DNA from: Amphiscolops sp. MND2022
Lineage: Eukaryota
Direction: 5' to 3'
Length of the DNA: 64,000 nucleotides
Assembly: GCA_964187785.1 (NCBI GenBank)
Contig: OZ076409.1
Location: 19,966,001-20,030,000 of the forward strand
Made by a program: the position numbers and the translations under genes. The notes under the pieces were generated by a model, which made no database searches, was not told where the DNA came from, and was given only the letters and a program-made list of their open reading frames with translations. Of this stretch, positions 17,801-31,140 are shown in pieces; position 1 is the stretch's first letter, and the number at the start of each line of letters is the position of its first letter.

Positions 17801-20800
17801 CCCATCCCTGGTTTGATGGTTGTCATCCTAATGCACGTGTTTTGCACTGATCTACTACCGAAGGACTGCAAGAGAAGTGCAAAACATGCAATTAACCAAC
17901 CCTCCGAAGCTTCGGAAGAAGGCCTCTGTGCCTTCAGATACGTAGTCGTTAACTCCACAGCACACGCCTCCCCAGCAGCAGAAGTATTCGTCGTCGTCCG
18001 ATGCCGCGTTGGGGCAGTCTTCGTTTTTGGTGCACACCACCTTGTAGTCATTGTTGCCCAGGAGGTTGTTTACAAAACCTGAAAACACAAATTCACTAAA
18101 AATGTCACCTAATGGACAAACATTGATTCGAATACATACATTAGGGGGATAACGTATCCAATGGTCGGTTTTAATGTCATCGGAGAGTTTATATATAGGG
18201 AGCGTCATCGGAGGATTTATATATAGGGAGCTTCAGTGGAAAAATTGAGAAAAAAAGTCGCATAGTACAGAAAAAACCAAGATGCGACCCTCTGACCTTT
18301 CCTCTACCTCTGCAAGCATTTAACAAACTTGGTTTAGTACGAGACTCGAAGCTGCGAACTCCTGCTTCTCTAGCCCCTTCACCAGGCTTGAAAATCCGCG
18401 TTAACCACTGGACCAAATGGCGAGCCCACTTTTGTTAAAATTTACGACCCAGTCAAATTTTATAAAAGTGGACGCGCTTCAGAGTTACTGAAGAAAAAAC
18501 TGGCCACTGTAAGAGTCGTGCACTTTTTTCAGCGTTAAACAAGACTGCAATTTTGATTCTGTCCAACTTACAAAGGTTTTCAGGAGTCTGGTGGTCCTCT
18601 TTGATAATCGAATCTAGCCTCAAAGTTTATCGATGAGCGGAAGAATCTTCGATACCTCGATCATATTTGTCAAATCTATTTCAACACAGAGGCGAAGCAA
18701 GTAGCGAACTTTTAAAGAGAAATCCGAATAAGCAATATCATATGGTGAACCAAGGGCTAAGGAATCGGTCAATTTTCCTAATACTTTCCAAAAGGACACT
18801 ATTGTTAAAATTTCATCAATTTTCCAGCTCCAACAAATACTTGAAGGGGTACGCTTAAGATTCGAAAATCACTTTTTCCCCAATTGGAAACTGCAAAAAC
18901 CTTTCTCAACCGAAAATCTTTCAAATTTTTTTGATGAAGGTCTCCGGTAAGTCGCACAGTGCCGAAAACCCTAAGGAGTCCTTTATGCTCACAAAACGTT
19001 TCGTTTGTAGTAAAAATTGAGGTAAAATCGGGGGGTGGGGGAGGGGGGCTTCGATGAAAACAAATTAGAAACAAGCCGGAAACGGCCCAAGTCGGTGCCA
19101 CATCTAAGGCTCAAAAATAGCGAAAGGACTTCAAAGTGTCAAGTATTCTCTTCTACAGTACCCGCGTGAGGAAAAAATTTTTTAAAAATCCGAATTTTTT
19201 TTGAAATTTTTTCCAATTTTGTTTTTGGTCTCCGGTAAGTCGCATAGTGCCGAAAAAGGTAAAAGGGGACCCTTTGGGAGTTTATGAACATCCATTGAAT
19301 AAAAGTCCTACAGCCCATCAAATGAAGTAATACGCCAAAGGACCATAATAGCCGCAATGAAGAATTTTTTGAACTGATTTGTATTTCAGTTATTGAATTC
19401 AGTTTCTTGAAACATCTTCTTTTCAGTTAAAGTTACAGTTGTTTTCATGTTTCAGTTACATGCATTTCAGTTACAGTTACAAAATAGAAATAAATGAAGG
19501 GGGACCCTTTGGAGACATTTAAAAAAATTTGCGAAAAAAGTCTCACAAAGCCGAAAAAACCTGCACAAAAAATTTTTTGGTCATGGGCGGGGTTCGAACC
19601 CGTCCTTCTGCTTGGCAGGCCTAAAAAAATCCTCCAAAAAATTAGAAGCAGAAGCTACATTAGTGTGGCAGTTAATGGAAGCCAGCTTATAAAGCTTATA
19701 AAATCTATCACTTTGTGGGCCTTAAAGAAAAAAGAAAAAGCACTACTATAGTCTGCGTTTTTCTACGAAAAGCGCCGACTAAACAGTCACATAGAAAACG
19801 CCTGTCTTGAAAAAACAACAAAATTCGGATATAACGTGCCGGGTAGTGTTAGCAAATGAATTGATTTCTAATTTCAGTTACAGTTGAATAAATAAAGAAT
19901 TAGCGAATCAGTTACAGTCGAATTTTTTTGACAATTCCAGTTAATAATTCAGTTGTGAAATAACATGACGTTTTTCACAATTGAAATTTAGAAAATATTT
20001 CCTAAATTTCAAGGTATACAGACGTAAATATATACAACCTTTGCTTTTCGGGGGAGTAGCGTAGACGTAGAGCGTTTTTTCCGCATCTGCAATTCAGTCT
20101 GAGGGTCGATTTGTATTTCAGTTATTGAATTCAGTTTCTTGAAACATCTTCTTTTCAGTTAAAGTTACACTTGTTTTCATGTTTCAGTTACATGCATTTC
20201 AGTTACAGTTATGATTCAGTTAGAGTTATGATTCAGTTACAGTTGCTAACACTAGTGCCGGGCCTGAGAAAACCTTATATTAAGACAAGAAATATTCATT
20301 TTGAAAAATCTCACAATGCCGAAAACTGTAAAAGGGTGGGCCCTTCGAGATTTATTTTTTAACACCCATTCTGTTGCAAAATATCAAAAAATTGAAGGGG
20401 ACCCTTTGGGGACATTTAAAAATTTTCAAAAAAATCTCACAAAGACGAAAAAATAAGCGCATACAAATTTTAATAAGCTCCAAAAAATCGCAAGGGTTAC
20501 CCTGTGGCCTCGAAAAACGCTTTTCTCCGGCTAAAGTAGTAAAAAACCCGTTGATAAAAAAAGTGGCACAGTGCCGCAAAACCTCGAAGTGGGACCCGCT
20601 ACTTTCTAGTCTTGTAATATGATCCTAGATACATTTACACTTGCTTCACGGCGATATGAAATTACTGACGAAATTGAAAAAGAGGACCATTCAGTGTCAG
20701 GTCTGTGGTCTGACGAAAGAAACTTGCCTCTGTAAGACTCGGGCACCTTTTGTTACGAAAAGCGCTGACCAAAAGAGCACACAATTGATTGCATGATATC

Positions 20801-23800
20801 AATGAGAAGCGCAAGAGAAAATTAGAAAGCAGGCATTTAAATTATGGAACTGCGGAACCAGTCAGACAATTTCGTCCATTTGTCTACTTTCCCATATTTG
20901 CATGAAGAAAGTTAGTCACATTAATAGAGAAAGTTCAAATAAGGAAAGAATGGTTGTGTACGACAAAAGGGCGTGCCTGCTACCTGATAGCACAAACTAA
21001 TGTACAATTCAACACTTTCTCTATTTCTTGCAAGTGATATTTGCGCCACGGGTGAATTGACTTAATAAATTTCAACATGAAAGCGCCGTTTTCGAATAGA
21101 TTAATGGCACTCAGACATGAAATAGTGGTGTTCTAGAACAAAGCATGGTATAAATTTTATTGATCGTTTGTTATCAGGTCTCTCATTGTTTCCACCATGG
21201 GCCAGAACCGAAATTGTGGGCCAAAAATACAATATTTCAATTTTAGGAATTCAAGGAGCTAGCTATTGGAGTGACTGAAGTTCAAGACAGTATGATCATT
21301 TCGGAATTTTCTTCATTTTTGAAAAAGGAAATTTGATTAGCAAGCCTGATATATACTGAGATTACCAATAGAAGTCTAATACCTACCGCTGCATCAATAC
21401 CTCACAGAAATAGAGAGCCAAAATATATAATTAACGGCGGTTTAAACTTAGTGGCTTAGAGAAACGGCAGTGAGTTATTTTTCAAAACGAAATCCTTCGT
21501 CTACGAAAATGCGTTCAAACACTCCAGTCTATATAAAAATTGTCTAAATAGAACATCCATAAAACTATTACCTAACTCGAGCTTTGCTAACTTTTATATT
21601 GTAAACTTTACATGGCGGCATTTCAACTGGAAAAAAATTCAAAGCTTCCAGAGGTTGGACAGTTTTGGAACGATTTGCCTCGTCGCAGATGCTTGTGAAC
21701 GTAATTGACATTTTCCAAGAAAAGTAAATATTTTTCGTCAACATTGTCATTTTCGAAAATCGTCACAAGTATAGAAATCGTCATCAAAAATGGGTTTTGA
21801 GATTTCCTTGCTGCTCCAGTTTGTTTTAAAATCAATAAACAAAATGTGTTGTTCACTGACCGAAATACACAGAAAATCAAAGAATGATCTCAGGAAAGCA
21901 AAATCACTAATCACCACTATAAAGCGTAACCAAACCTGCTTCCTTTAAAGACCATGCATGGATCACCCACGACAGTCGGTGAAGCATGCCTTCAGAGTCT
22001 AATGACTTTGTATTTGCGTTGTTATAAAATGTAGCATGAAATAGCTGATTTTTAAACAGAATTTCTGAAAAATCTTTTAAACAAAAAGCGATATTAACAT
22101 GTTATTAACATTTTAAACATTTCTAACGTTAGAAATCCATCACTGCTTGCAAAGAATATGGCTCAACCATTTTTGGAGAGTCTTTCCTTGAGAAGCAATT
22201 AAAATCCCGTTATCATCATAACGCAGAGAAACATCAAAGTAAAACAAAGCCATGTTCCATTTTTTGCAATCGATTGCACTAGTGTTCCCATTTCGTTTTC
22301 ATCTATTTACATTAAATTCATGCTTCCATATTGCGCAATAAAAGCATGTAACTATCTATAATGGAATTTCGCACATGAAAATGCATTTATGTATGTGCTG
22401 AACGTGGATGGCGTTGTCGAAAGTGAGTAACAAGACGAGCCAACAACTTGTATGGCTGGGCTATTGGTCAGATATGTTTGTATTGGGTGGTGATTGCGCT
22501 ATTGTATTTGCACTCCGAGATACTTGGTCTTGAAATGCTGCGAGGAGCGCATCATGGAAATAAATTTGGGCGTAAGGCCGGCCGGCCGTGGAGAGGTCGT
22601 CAATAATAGACTGCTTAGCAGTTACAGAATATACAGCGGCTATGTATGTCATTTCGATTCTACCCGATACAAAGATACAAAAAGAGGAAGAAACGACTGC
22701 ATATCAGAATGGAACAGAACCCACCCCACCACCTCTGGTCATAGCATCCTACTAGCGCTGCTACAACCATAAATTTACTCCCCGTAGCATTTACAACCTC
22801 CGAGCTCGTTAAATTGGAAGAAGACAATGTACAGGCAAAAGCAGCAGAAATATAAGTGGTATTTTAGGGAATAAAATTAGCAGCAGAGCAGAAGCAGCCA
22901 AAAAAGCAGCAGCCAGCGATTGTGACAAAATTGCTGCTCTTCTCATTTACTGCGCCAACCAACAGCAGCGAAATGAAGGGAACGGAACTGCATGTGTGTG
23001 TAATGTGGTTATGGAATGATTAGAACGCAGAGTAACTCTGAATGGAAGCATGAACAAATAACAGATTGCGTCATTTCGAAGGACACATCTGATTCAACAC
23101 GTGAAATGGGAGAACAAACCATCCCACCGGGGTGCCTATACCATATGCACCAAATCGTACATTGAAAACAGCAAAGATATAAACAATGGGATATTCATTG
23201 AAGTTTGCAGAACAAACTATAGATACCCGCGGGGAAAAGGTGTTTTCATACAGATGAAGAAATAGTTGGACAGAGAACAAAGAGAAGGTTACCTGTTCCA
23301 TATAACTCCAGGTTCAACCTATACGAAAAAAAACTTTTGAAATACGAAATGCGGGTTCCCGGTTCAAATTAGTTCTAAACTGAATTATTTCGAACTAGTT
23401 TCCGTTTCAGTTAGTTTCAAAGCTAATTTCAGTTTTTTACATTCACATTTTTTGGCCTTACAGGCAAGCGTTTGGGCTGAATTTTCCGCTTTCGCCGATA
23501 GCTACATGTTTTTGTGAGTCGGACAGAAATCTAAATTTTCACACGATGGGTCATTCAAGCTTAAGAGCATTTACAACGTCTTCAACAAGTTTCCGTCAAA
23601 CTAAAACTAAGACCGTTTGAAAGTTTTAGTTTCATTTTTTAAAATGAATTTTCCAGTTTCAGTTTTGGTATTTAATTACAGTTTCAGTTTATAATCAAAG
23701 TGTTAATTCATATCAAGGGTTGCTCGGTTGAATAAGCTTGAATTCAAAAGATTTCGCGAAGTTCTGATCACAAGTGAAAACAGAAAATATGACATGTTCC

Positions 23801-24698
23801 AAATCGTGAATAAATTCCATCTAATTCTTCAAGCAGCACTATCAACTGAAGAATAGTTAAACGATTACTCGGTAGAAAATTGTTTTCGGAAAAAAACACT
23901 TTACCTGTCCTGCTGTGTTCTCATCTCTGTACAGCTTCTACAAGAAAAATGATGTGAAAAAAAAACACTTGGACTTACATGATGCATTACAAGACAGACA
24001 AGTTACTGATGCTGGTCAATTACTTCATGTATGAATTGTATTTATTATTTTCAACAGACATCGTTTTCTCCAAAACATTTGAAGCGCTTCAGGTACAAGT
24101 ACAGTACTGTGAGACATCGTCCCCTTATGACATTCTCAGCCAATTAAATTTGTCCATTGGCTCTCACTTTCAATTTTCGTTGGCGCATCAATAGAGATTC
24201 ATGTAAATTGAGGAAATTTTACATTTTGAGCCTGATATTCCAAAAAAGGATCATTTTTGAAATCAAAATACATCCATGGAATAAGTAGATTTGTGGAAGT
24301 TAACTAAGCAGAAAGCTTGCCAAAACTGTGCATAAAACGGTCGAAAATAGGAAAAACGGCAAAAACGTAGCAATTTTGCTCAAAATCAGCAATTTGTAAC
24401 TTTCACATATTTTGACTCAATGTTTTTCAAAATTTTCCAGAGATTTCGAGAAAATCGAGCCTAAAATTGCTCGGGGAATGATTCTTAATCACATTACTGT
24501 ATATGCACGATGGATTAAGGATTCGGCGAAGTAGTATTCAAGCGAATGAATGAAACTTACCGACAACTTTGCCCACACCTCCTCCGCCCTTCTCTATAGG
24601 CGAGCAGCAGTAATCTAGCCCAAGTCCGTTCTGACAGCATTCAGTGTACTCGCTTTTGGATCTATCTTCTTCACACGTCAAACAGAGAAAGTCGATAG
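14882..24698 (-). CDS. Single-pass membrane protein with two tandem Cys-rich C*C*CC*CC modules (Shisa-like/STMC6-type); exons 24698-24561, 18078-17901, 14975-14882; 5' exon not found
   Basis: Three exons with CAG acceptors and GT donors in compatible phases (1-1, 1-2, 2-stop) splice to IDFLCLTCEEDRSKSEYTECCQNGLGLDYCCSPIEKGGGGVGKVVGFVNNLLGNNDYKVVCTKNEDCPNAASDDDEYFCCWGGVCCGVNDYVSEGTEAFFRSFGGYIIGSILLGLIIILLLSCCISICCCLCKRR*, with a clear TM helix and juxtamembrane Cys cluster. Confidence 0.75.
15297..15959. mobile_element. Tc1/mariner-type MITE
   Basis: TA-CAGTAGTGAT ... ATCACTACTG-TA. Confidence 0.75.
17418..17810. mobile_element. hAT-type MITE
   Basis: CAGGGTTGG/CCATCCCTG ends, 8-bp TSD GTTTAATG/GTTTGATG (1 mismatch). 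Confidence 0.75.
18236..18536 (-). mobile_element. Partial HINE-like element with tRNA-like A and B boxes
   Basis: Shares AAAAAGTCGCATAGT and CACTGTAAGAGTCG blocks with the other HINE copies. Minus strand has TGGTCCAGTGG (A box) and GCTTCGAGTC (B-box-like). Confidence 0.55.
19070..19781 (-). mobile_element. HINE-like element (contains a fragment of the 19844-20254 MITE)
   Basis: AACAAGCCGGAAACGGCCCAAGTCGGTGCC ... AAAGCGCCGACT ends, with T-arm-like GGGTTCGAACCC at ~19590-19601. Confidence 0.7.
19844..20254. mobile_element. hAT-type MITE with TTCAGTTA repeats
   Basis: TIR TAGTGTTAGCAA/TTGCTAACACTA, perfect 8-bp TSD GTGCCGGG. Confidence 0.85.
20285..20770 (-). mobile_element. Degenerate HINE-like element
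   Basis: Internal GGGGACCCTTTGG and CACAGTGCCG blocks, terminal GAAAAGCGCTGACC matching the family. Confidence 0.5.
24102..24499. mobile_element. Tc1/mariner-type MITE
   Basis: TA-CAGTACTGTGA ... TCACATTACTG-TA. Confidence 0.65.
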
Positions 24699-27344
24699 CT
24701 GAAACAACAATGGTTTTTAATGCTATGACAAAAGAACATTCGTTGAAAAAATGACTGATTATTCGTTATACTTACTCTATTTCCTTACTAGTCGTTTGAG
24801 AACTTTAAAATGTCACAAATGCGAACCTCTCAAAAAGCTGGAATTTTCAATATTGGGTTTCGACATGAGATTGGTTGGTTATGCTTAGGTAGTATAATCG
24901 TGAGCGTAAACTCAAAGTGATCCAAGCGATCTCAGAAACACGTTCAAAATGTTTTTGGGCCATCGATTGGGTTAAATATGTATAATCGTTATTATAATAA
25001 TAAAATCTATGGCTTTCCCCACACGTGGTGACCTCTTCCAGCCAATTCAATCTCTTCTCTTTTCTCTATACTTTTCTTCTTTCTCTTTCTTCCAGGTAAT
25101 TCAATTGGTGTTCAAACAGAGAATGTTATATATGTAATGTTGAATGGTTTTTATTACCACAAACGTGACAACATTATTCGATTTACAGTTATAAAATGTG
25201 CCAAATTATTCCCGTAGAACTAAACTTTTCATGCCACCAACATCTTTCTTGAAATTCACATGCGTATTTGACAACGCTTGAACATATATTTGTCGATCTT
25301 GTATGATGGATCAGAGATGTTACTTTAGTGCGGGGATTTTCACTGAATTATGCGATGCGGAATTTTAATTGAAATTATGCGCTAAAAATGGTACAAAAAT
25401 GTGAAATTTGCGCTAATCAGAGGAATTATGCGGGGAAAAATAAGTTCGTCAAAACTGAATTTCAACTCAATCTCCAGATAATAGGATCTTTCGGCAACAA
25501 AGTCAGTTTTGGAACATTTTTGCGCGTGTTCGGACATCCACAGATGAAGAATGATCTCTTTCGTTTCTTTGTTTTCTCCAGTAAAAGAAACGACCGATCA
25601 TAACCTCTTACAGTGCTGGGCATAATTAATTCCAAATAAAAATTATCAGAATCATTCATTTTTTCATTCTTGAATAATAGCTTATATTTTGTTCTGATGG
25701 ATATTATGCTCATTGATGGATATTATCGTGATGCATTCCCACGTATCTACTATATGAACTGAAATTAAAACTCACTGACAGAGGCAACATTTTGCTTTTA
25801 TTAAAACTCCCGATAAAACAGGATGATCACAAGGTGAATGGATGTCCTGGTTATAACAATCTATAGAAGCTTTTTGATATGCGTACATCAAACTGTGAAA
25901 AATTTGAAGTTGCAGTTGTCTCACACTCCAAAAAATTCAAGAACTTGAATCTCGTAAGTACAGAATAGCTTGAATTACATATATGGAACGAACTTTTTTC
26001 AAACACAACAGCGAAAAGAGTTATACCGTGCTAACACGAAAAATAAAAGGTATATCTTCCATGGTGTATCAACGAAGAATGTTCTACAAGAAGATGGAGT
26101 GCATTTGAATCAAAGAGATCTGTTCAATTTTAAGTCTGTGGTCAAAACCAAAATCAGTATTGCTGCTTGTTCATTGTTTAATTGTTTCCATTCAATTGCT
26201 CTTGGGTTAAAGCTGACACCCATTATATACTCATTACTGAAATCATAAAAACCTAAAAGTTCATTTATAATCAGATAAATGTCGGACATGGCAACCACTT
26301 GCGCACAAAGTGCACAGAAATTTGTTGCCGAGGTCCTTATGCTGTATTTTTAGGGAGGCACTCAGCTCGTGAGATATATAGTATCGCGCTTGACGATACC
26401 CACGACAAGAACGTGGCCTCCCTCGGGTCTCAAAAAAAGTGAAGCACAAAGATACTCTCTTGGGTTTTTGACACGAACTGTTTTTGAAAACTTTTGTTTT
26501 AGTAAAACGTATCTTTGGATTTTTTTCATTTCGGGTTTTGAGTTTTTACAAAAATGTTTTTTAAAATTTATGAGTTCTTTATGGCATATGGAAGTTTTTT
26601 CAAAAAAACCCAAATAACGACAATGTTAAATGTTTTTCGTTAGCGGAAAACAATTTCAACCCTGAACGGTTTATGCTCGAACTGTTTCAAAACTGAATCA
26701 TAACAAACTTACACTTAAACTAACCTTATCCGATCATTATGAAAATACTTACAACCACCTTTTAAAACACTGAATGCTGAAACGTTTGACCAGTATTTCA
26801 GCGGGTTCGAAAAATAGTGGCAAAAAATTTCAACTAACGAAGCCTGGATGAATTCAGCGAATTCAACAGACAATGGTCCTAGCATACACAAATGAGCACG
26901 AAAAAACAGAAGATTTCAGGAATACCTGAAACGGAAGCAAAGCACTGGTCATCATCACTCGAAAACCGGTTTTATCATGGCCGAAAAACTTTTTAAACTG
27001 CAGGTCATAAGTATATATTTTGAGAACTTCTCGAAACGAGTACTCCCATCATGCTGCAAATGGTCTTACCTGAGCCTCTATACCATACTATTCGAAGAAA
27101 AACGTTTCTCCTTCTTTTCAAAAGTCCCATGTCTCGAATTATACAATGAAAATACAGAGAAATACAGAAAATACAAAGATGTGCATGGAGGCAAACATTC
27201 CGTTGGAAAAAGCGCCCAAAATGACTGCATTTTTTTAAAAAATGGTCTCGCCAAGGTGGAACAATACCGCCTCCTTCCCAGTTACGGAACGCTTACGAGC
27301 CTATGGTTGCTGCCGACGTTCGAACAGTTGTCACAAAAAAGATG

Positions 27345-28125
27345 AAAGACGCAATTGAAAAAGTTTCTGGTTCAGTTTAACTATCGATGAAACAACCGAT
27401 GATCGCGAAAAAACTTTGCTAAATATTATTGTGAGGTTCAGAGATACGCTCTCACTATTAGACACATTCATTTTAAATGAATCTCTTAATTATCAAAACA
27501 TTGCTGATTTGGCAATTGATGTTATCATAAAGAATAATTTGAAGCCTTTACTGTTATTTTATGTGACGGATAATGTTTCTTATGCCCATAAACCTTACAA
27601 CGACATTATTTCAAAAGTCTGTCCGGATACATTTCATCTTGGACGTTGGGCCCATATTATCGACTTGGTTGGCGAAACATGGCGAGAGCATTTTACATTT
27701 GCTCAGAAATTCATGAGCATTACTTCCATTTACTTCAAACGGAAAGTAGGCACTGGCCGAAAAAGACGTTTCCATTTATTTCAAAGGCAACATGGAATGG
27801 CCTCGGCAACTTTTTTGCCTGCTGTATCCACAACTCGAAGGTCCTCTTGGCTACGTGGTTGTTCGTATTACAAGGAAAAATTAAACATTCTTCCTGCATT
27901 TCTCCTGTCAGAAAAAAACATTACCGGAGGAGCTCAAACATTCATTGATTTTGTATCCGAAAATTATTTTAAAAAATTAAACTTGAACAATGTTTCATTA
28001 GCCAACACTCACTTATCTTGAATGAAACGATCGACTTCTTGCAAACTCAGAAAAAACCTATTGCGCATAAATCTTACGACTCTCTGACAACGCTGAAACA
28101 TACTCTTGATTCGGGTAGAACAAAG
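27345..28125 (+). pseudogene. Degenerate hAT (DUF659-type) transposase
   Basis: TIDETTDDR..LLNIIV, FYVTDNVSY, HLGRWAHIIDLVGE (CxxH decayed) and TTRRSSW are hAT catalytic-core motifs. The frame is disrupted. Confidence 0.7.
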
Positions 28126-28629
28126 CAGTGATGTACATTTGAACCATTTGTTTAACCATGGTTTAACAAATTGGTTTGTTAAACGTTTTTAACCAATAAC
28201 CAATCTGTTAAACAGATTCGGTTAAAAAACACTTTTTAAACAATTTTGAAAATATAAATTTTTTCGTAGTTTCTGTTCCTTTCGTGTTGTTTGACCAGAC
28301 CAAGTACTGAGTACATGTAACAGCGGATAGATAGACATAGTTATCGACCAATCAGAGTGACCACAAAATTCAGAAATGGTTTAGGAGTTCAAGTAAGGCC
28401 AGGCAGTCATGCCTAGTTTCCGCACTGAACTCCCAACCACTCATCCGATTGTGCTTTCAAGAACTTTGAGGAAATGGCCACAAACGTAAATCCTAATGCA
28501 CAAAAATTTGTTTAAAAATTGGTTAAATTCAGATTCATGGCCAAAATTGGTTTAATAGATTCGGTTAAAAAAACTTTCAATTGGTTATTGTTAAAAAATC
28601 TCTTTAAAAAATTTAACACAACATCACTG
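28126..28629. mobile_element. hAT-type MITE inserted in the transposase remnant
   Basis: TIR CAGTGATGT/ACATCACTG, perfect 8-bp TSD GAACAAAG. Confidence 0.85.
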
Positions 28630-28771
28630 GAACAAAGGTGCACTTTTTCCCCGATAAATGGATCAATGCCCTCACTGATTCGCAACTTCCTTATTGGATT
28701 GAACATTTCCACGGGAGGAGTAAATTTCGTCGCCGGAAATTTCGTCGTAGGAAATTTCGTCGTATTAACGA

Positions 28772-29052
28772 GTGGTCGTATTAACAGTGGCGATTGAAAG
28801 GAAATTGGAAAGCAATCCGCAATGCCTGGTTTTATGTCTGAAGAGTTTTAACTGGGATCGAGCAACGCAATCATTGAGTGTTGATAGAACATCTGTCACA
28901 TATAGTCAAATGTTAGACATTGGGAACGGCCATTACTGGGCTGAGGTTTTTCAGGAAAAGACGTGATAGAGCTGAATGACGCCAAGGTAAAGAACGTTGC
29001 TCCGCGATACTCAAAATATCGGCCTATATTCTGTTTTACACAAAAGGCTTAA
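28772..29052 (+). pseudogene. Ubiquitin-specific protease (C19/USP) C-terminal remnant
   Basis: PQCLVLCLKSF...GNGHYWAEV...LNDAKV...AYILFY follows the USP His-box / Asp / AYxLFY pattern, with stops and a frameshift. Confidence 0.6.
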
Positions 29053-29979
29053 GGACAACTGTGCATTACGTAAACTACACAACTCAAGCAACTCCCTCAA
29101 ACCGGTCGTCTGAAAACCCGGCCTCCATTTCTGCCCGTGATTTCTGGTATAGGATTGAATCAAAGACAAATTTTTTGAAAACGTCGATCTGATAACGTTT
29201 TCAAAAACCTATTGAGATTTCTCAGTTACCATTTCAACTTTATGTGTATCGGAAATGAAACGCCCTGATAGGGTCAATAAAACAGACTTGAAGAACGCGA
29301 GCTACAACAGCGAAACCTTGCACTACTCAGTTGAGAGGATCAGTCAAACTCAGGAACGCGTGCTTTTGTCCGTTGCTGGCTTCAATTTTGACATTTCGAT
29401 GAACGAAGTTCTTGATTCTTTCATCAATCTTACAAAAGACTTCAAAGAAATTCCGTACTCATCCGTCAGGCTTTTAGTTTATGACAAGCAGCTTCTTTTT
29501 TTCAACATTTCAAACTCAGTCAACTTTCATGATTGCAGCAACAACAAAACGTACCTTCAACCGTTTTACATCGACTACCTACTTCAGCTAAGATTGCGAC
29601 AAATTGAGGCGCTCATTGGACAACCGTTAAAAGCCGCACAGTACCAGATAAAGGTCTGGGACGTTTGCATAACCAAAAACCCAGCTGAAAACCCGGCAAC
29701 TGTACAGCAATTCTTCAAGATGTTCAAAACGTACGATACGAAGCGTTTCGAGCTGAAGACTCGCAATAACGAACAGCGAAAACAATACTACGCAAATCAT
29801 TCTTCGAACGATTGGAATACCAAAAAAAAACGATAAGATGTTCAGAGACAATCTCTCAACGATTACAGCGAAAACGCTTTCAGCAAAAAAATTGTATCAT
29901 TGTCAGTGTATCAAAGACTACAGGATAAAAAAGCGAGAAATAACAATGTGATCGGAGGATGTTTCCAGAGTCTTCCAGA

Positions 29980-31140
29980 ACGCTGTATGCGAAGGTCCCG
30001 AATGTTTGTGTCTGTTGCGAAAGAGCTCTATTCAAGCACACTTTGCTGACTCTTTGCTGATAAAATTGAGGTTCCACATTCTATGTCATATGTTCTTCGG
30101 AATGTATTTTCTAGTGATGGTAAAAGAAATTTGTGTAGAACTTGTTGGACTTTTATTCTCAAAGAAGAACTTCCGCCTTTAGCCGTGATGAATGATTTGT
30201 TCGTAGATCCGCTACCAGTCGAATTGCAAAACTTGAATGCGCTCGAAACCCTTTCTACGAAAATCTCGAGCGCTCTCACTTTGAAATCGTTTCCCCACAT
30301 TAAAGGTATGCCTCCACAGGAAACCTATACAACTTCGAAAGATAACGTGTCACTTTTTCAGCAGAAAACGTGGAAATTACGGCAAACACGGTGACTGCAA
30401 CAGTTGTCGACGTCTACAACCCAATTCAAGAAATTTCGCACTTCGACGAGAACGCATTCTCTCCGTCGTCCCTGGTCAAAATCAGCAACCAAGACCAATT
30501 TACGAAAAAAAGTCGAATACCAAGCTTTCCCGAAATTGTTACCTACAGGTCGTTCTGGTTGGCATGCAGATAGGCGTAAAAAGCTGTCTGCTTCTCAATA
30601 TTTCTCTTCTCGGTTACTCCATTACTCAACTCGGGAGCGGGACAAAACAGCCGATTTTAAACGGGACAAAACAGCCGATTTTCAAAATAGGACAAAACAG
30701 CCGATTTTAAAACAGTACAAAATCGCCGATTGGTAAATATAAAAATCGCCGATTTTGTCAATGCTTAAGATTAGCAGTCAATAAAATATTATTATAACGT
30801 AGTCAGCTATGTTCACATACTCCTAGTGCCCTAAATGCAGGAGCGAAGCGAAGCGGAGCGACGTGCCATATGGCCATGCCTCAATGTTGCTACTTGGCGA
30901 AGGGAGCGAAGCGACCGAGCCATACAACAAATTGAACCTCTTCAAATAAACCAAGTTCCATGCATATCGGCTGTAACAGCACTCACTTTGTTCCGTTTTG
31001 AAAATCGGCTGTTTTGTCCCGTTTTGAAAATCGGCTGTTTTGTCCCGTTTTGAAAATCGGCTGTTTTGTCTCGTTTTAAAATCGGCTGTTTTGTCCCGCA
31101 TCCCTCAACTCGTTTCGCAAGGTTCACAGATTACGTTACA
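29980..31140 (+). pseudogene. Helitron/Helentron Rep N-terminal remnant, interrupted by a MITE
   Basis: PNVCVCCERALF, LCRTC..PPLAVMNDL..PLPVELQNLNALE and AFPKLLPTGRSGW..RRKKLSASQYFSSRLLHYSTR|FAR (frame rejoins after removing 30634-31103). These are typical of Helitron RepHel N-terminal regions. Confidence 0.7.
30634..31103. mobile_element. Mutator-like MITE with GGGACAAAACAGCCGATTTT arrays; carries core-1
   Basis: Inverted repeat arrays, GG...CC ends, perfect 9-bp TSD CTCAACTCG (30625-30633, 31104-31112). Confidence 0.85.

Noticed and set aside
18335..18425. tRNA gene
   Set aside because: A/B boxes only, no cloverleaf could be folded, and it lies within a repeat.
22440..23000. GC-richer intronic segment as additional exon(s)
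   Set aside because: Stops in all frames tried and no phase-compatible splice pair found.
23905..23937. 33-nt candidate exon for the minus-strand gene
   Set aside because: It contains a stop codon in the required phase-1 frame.
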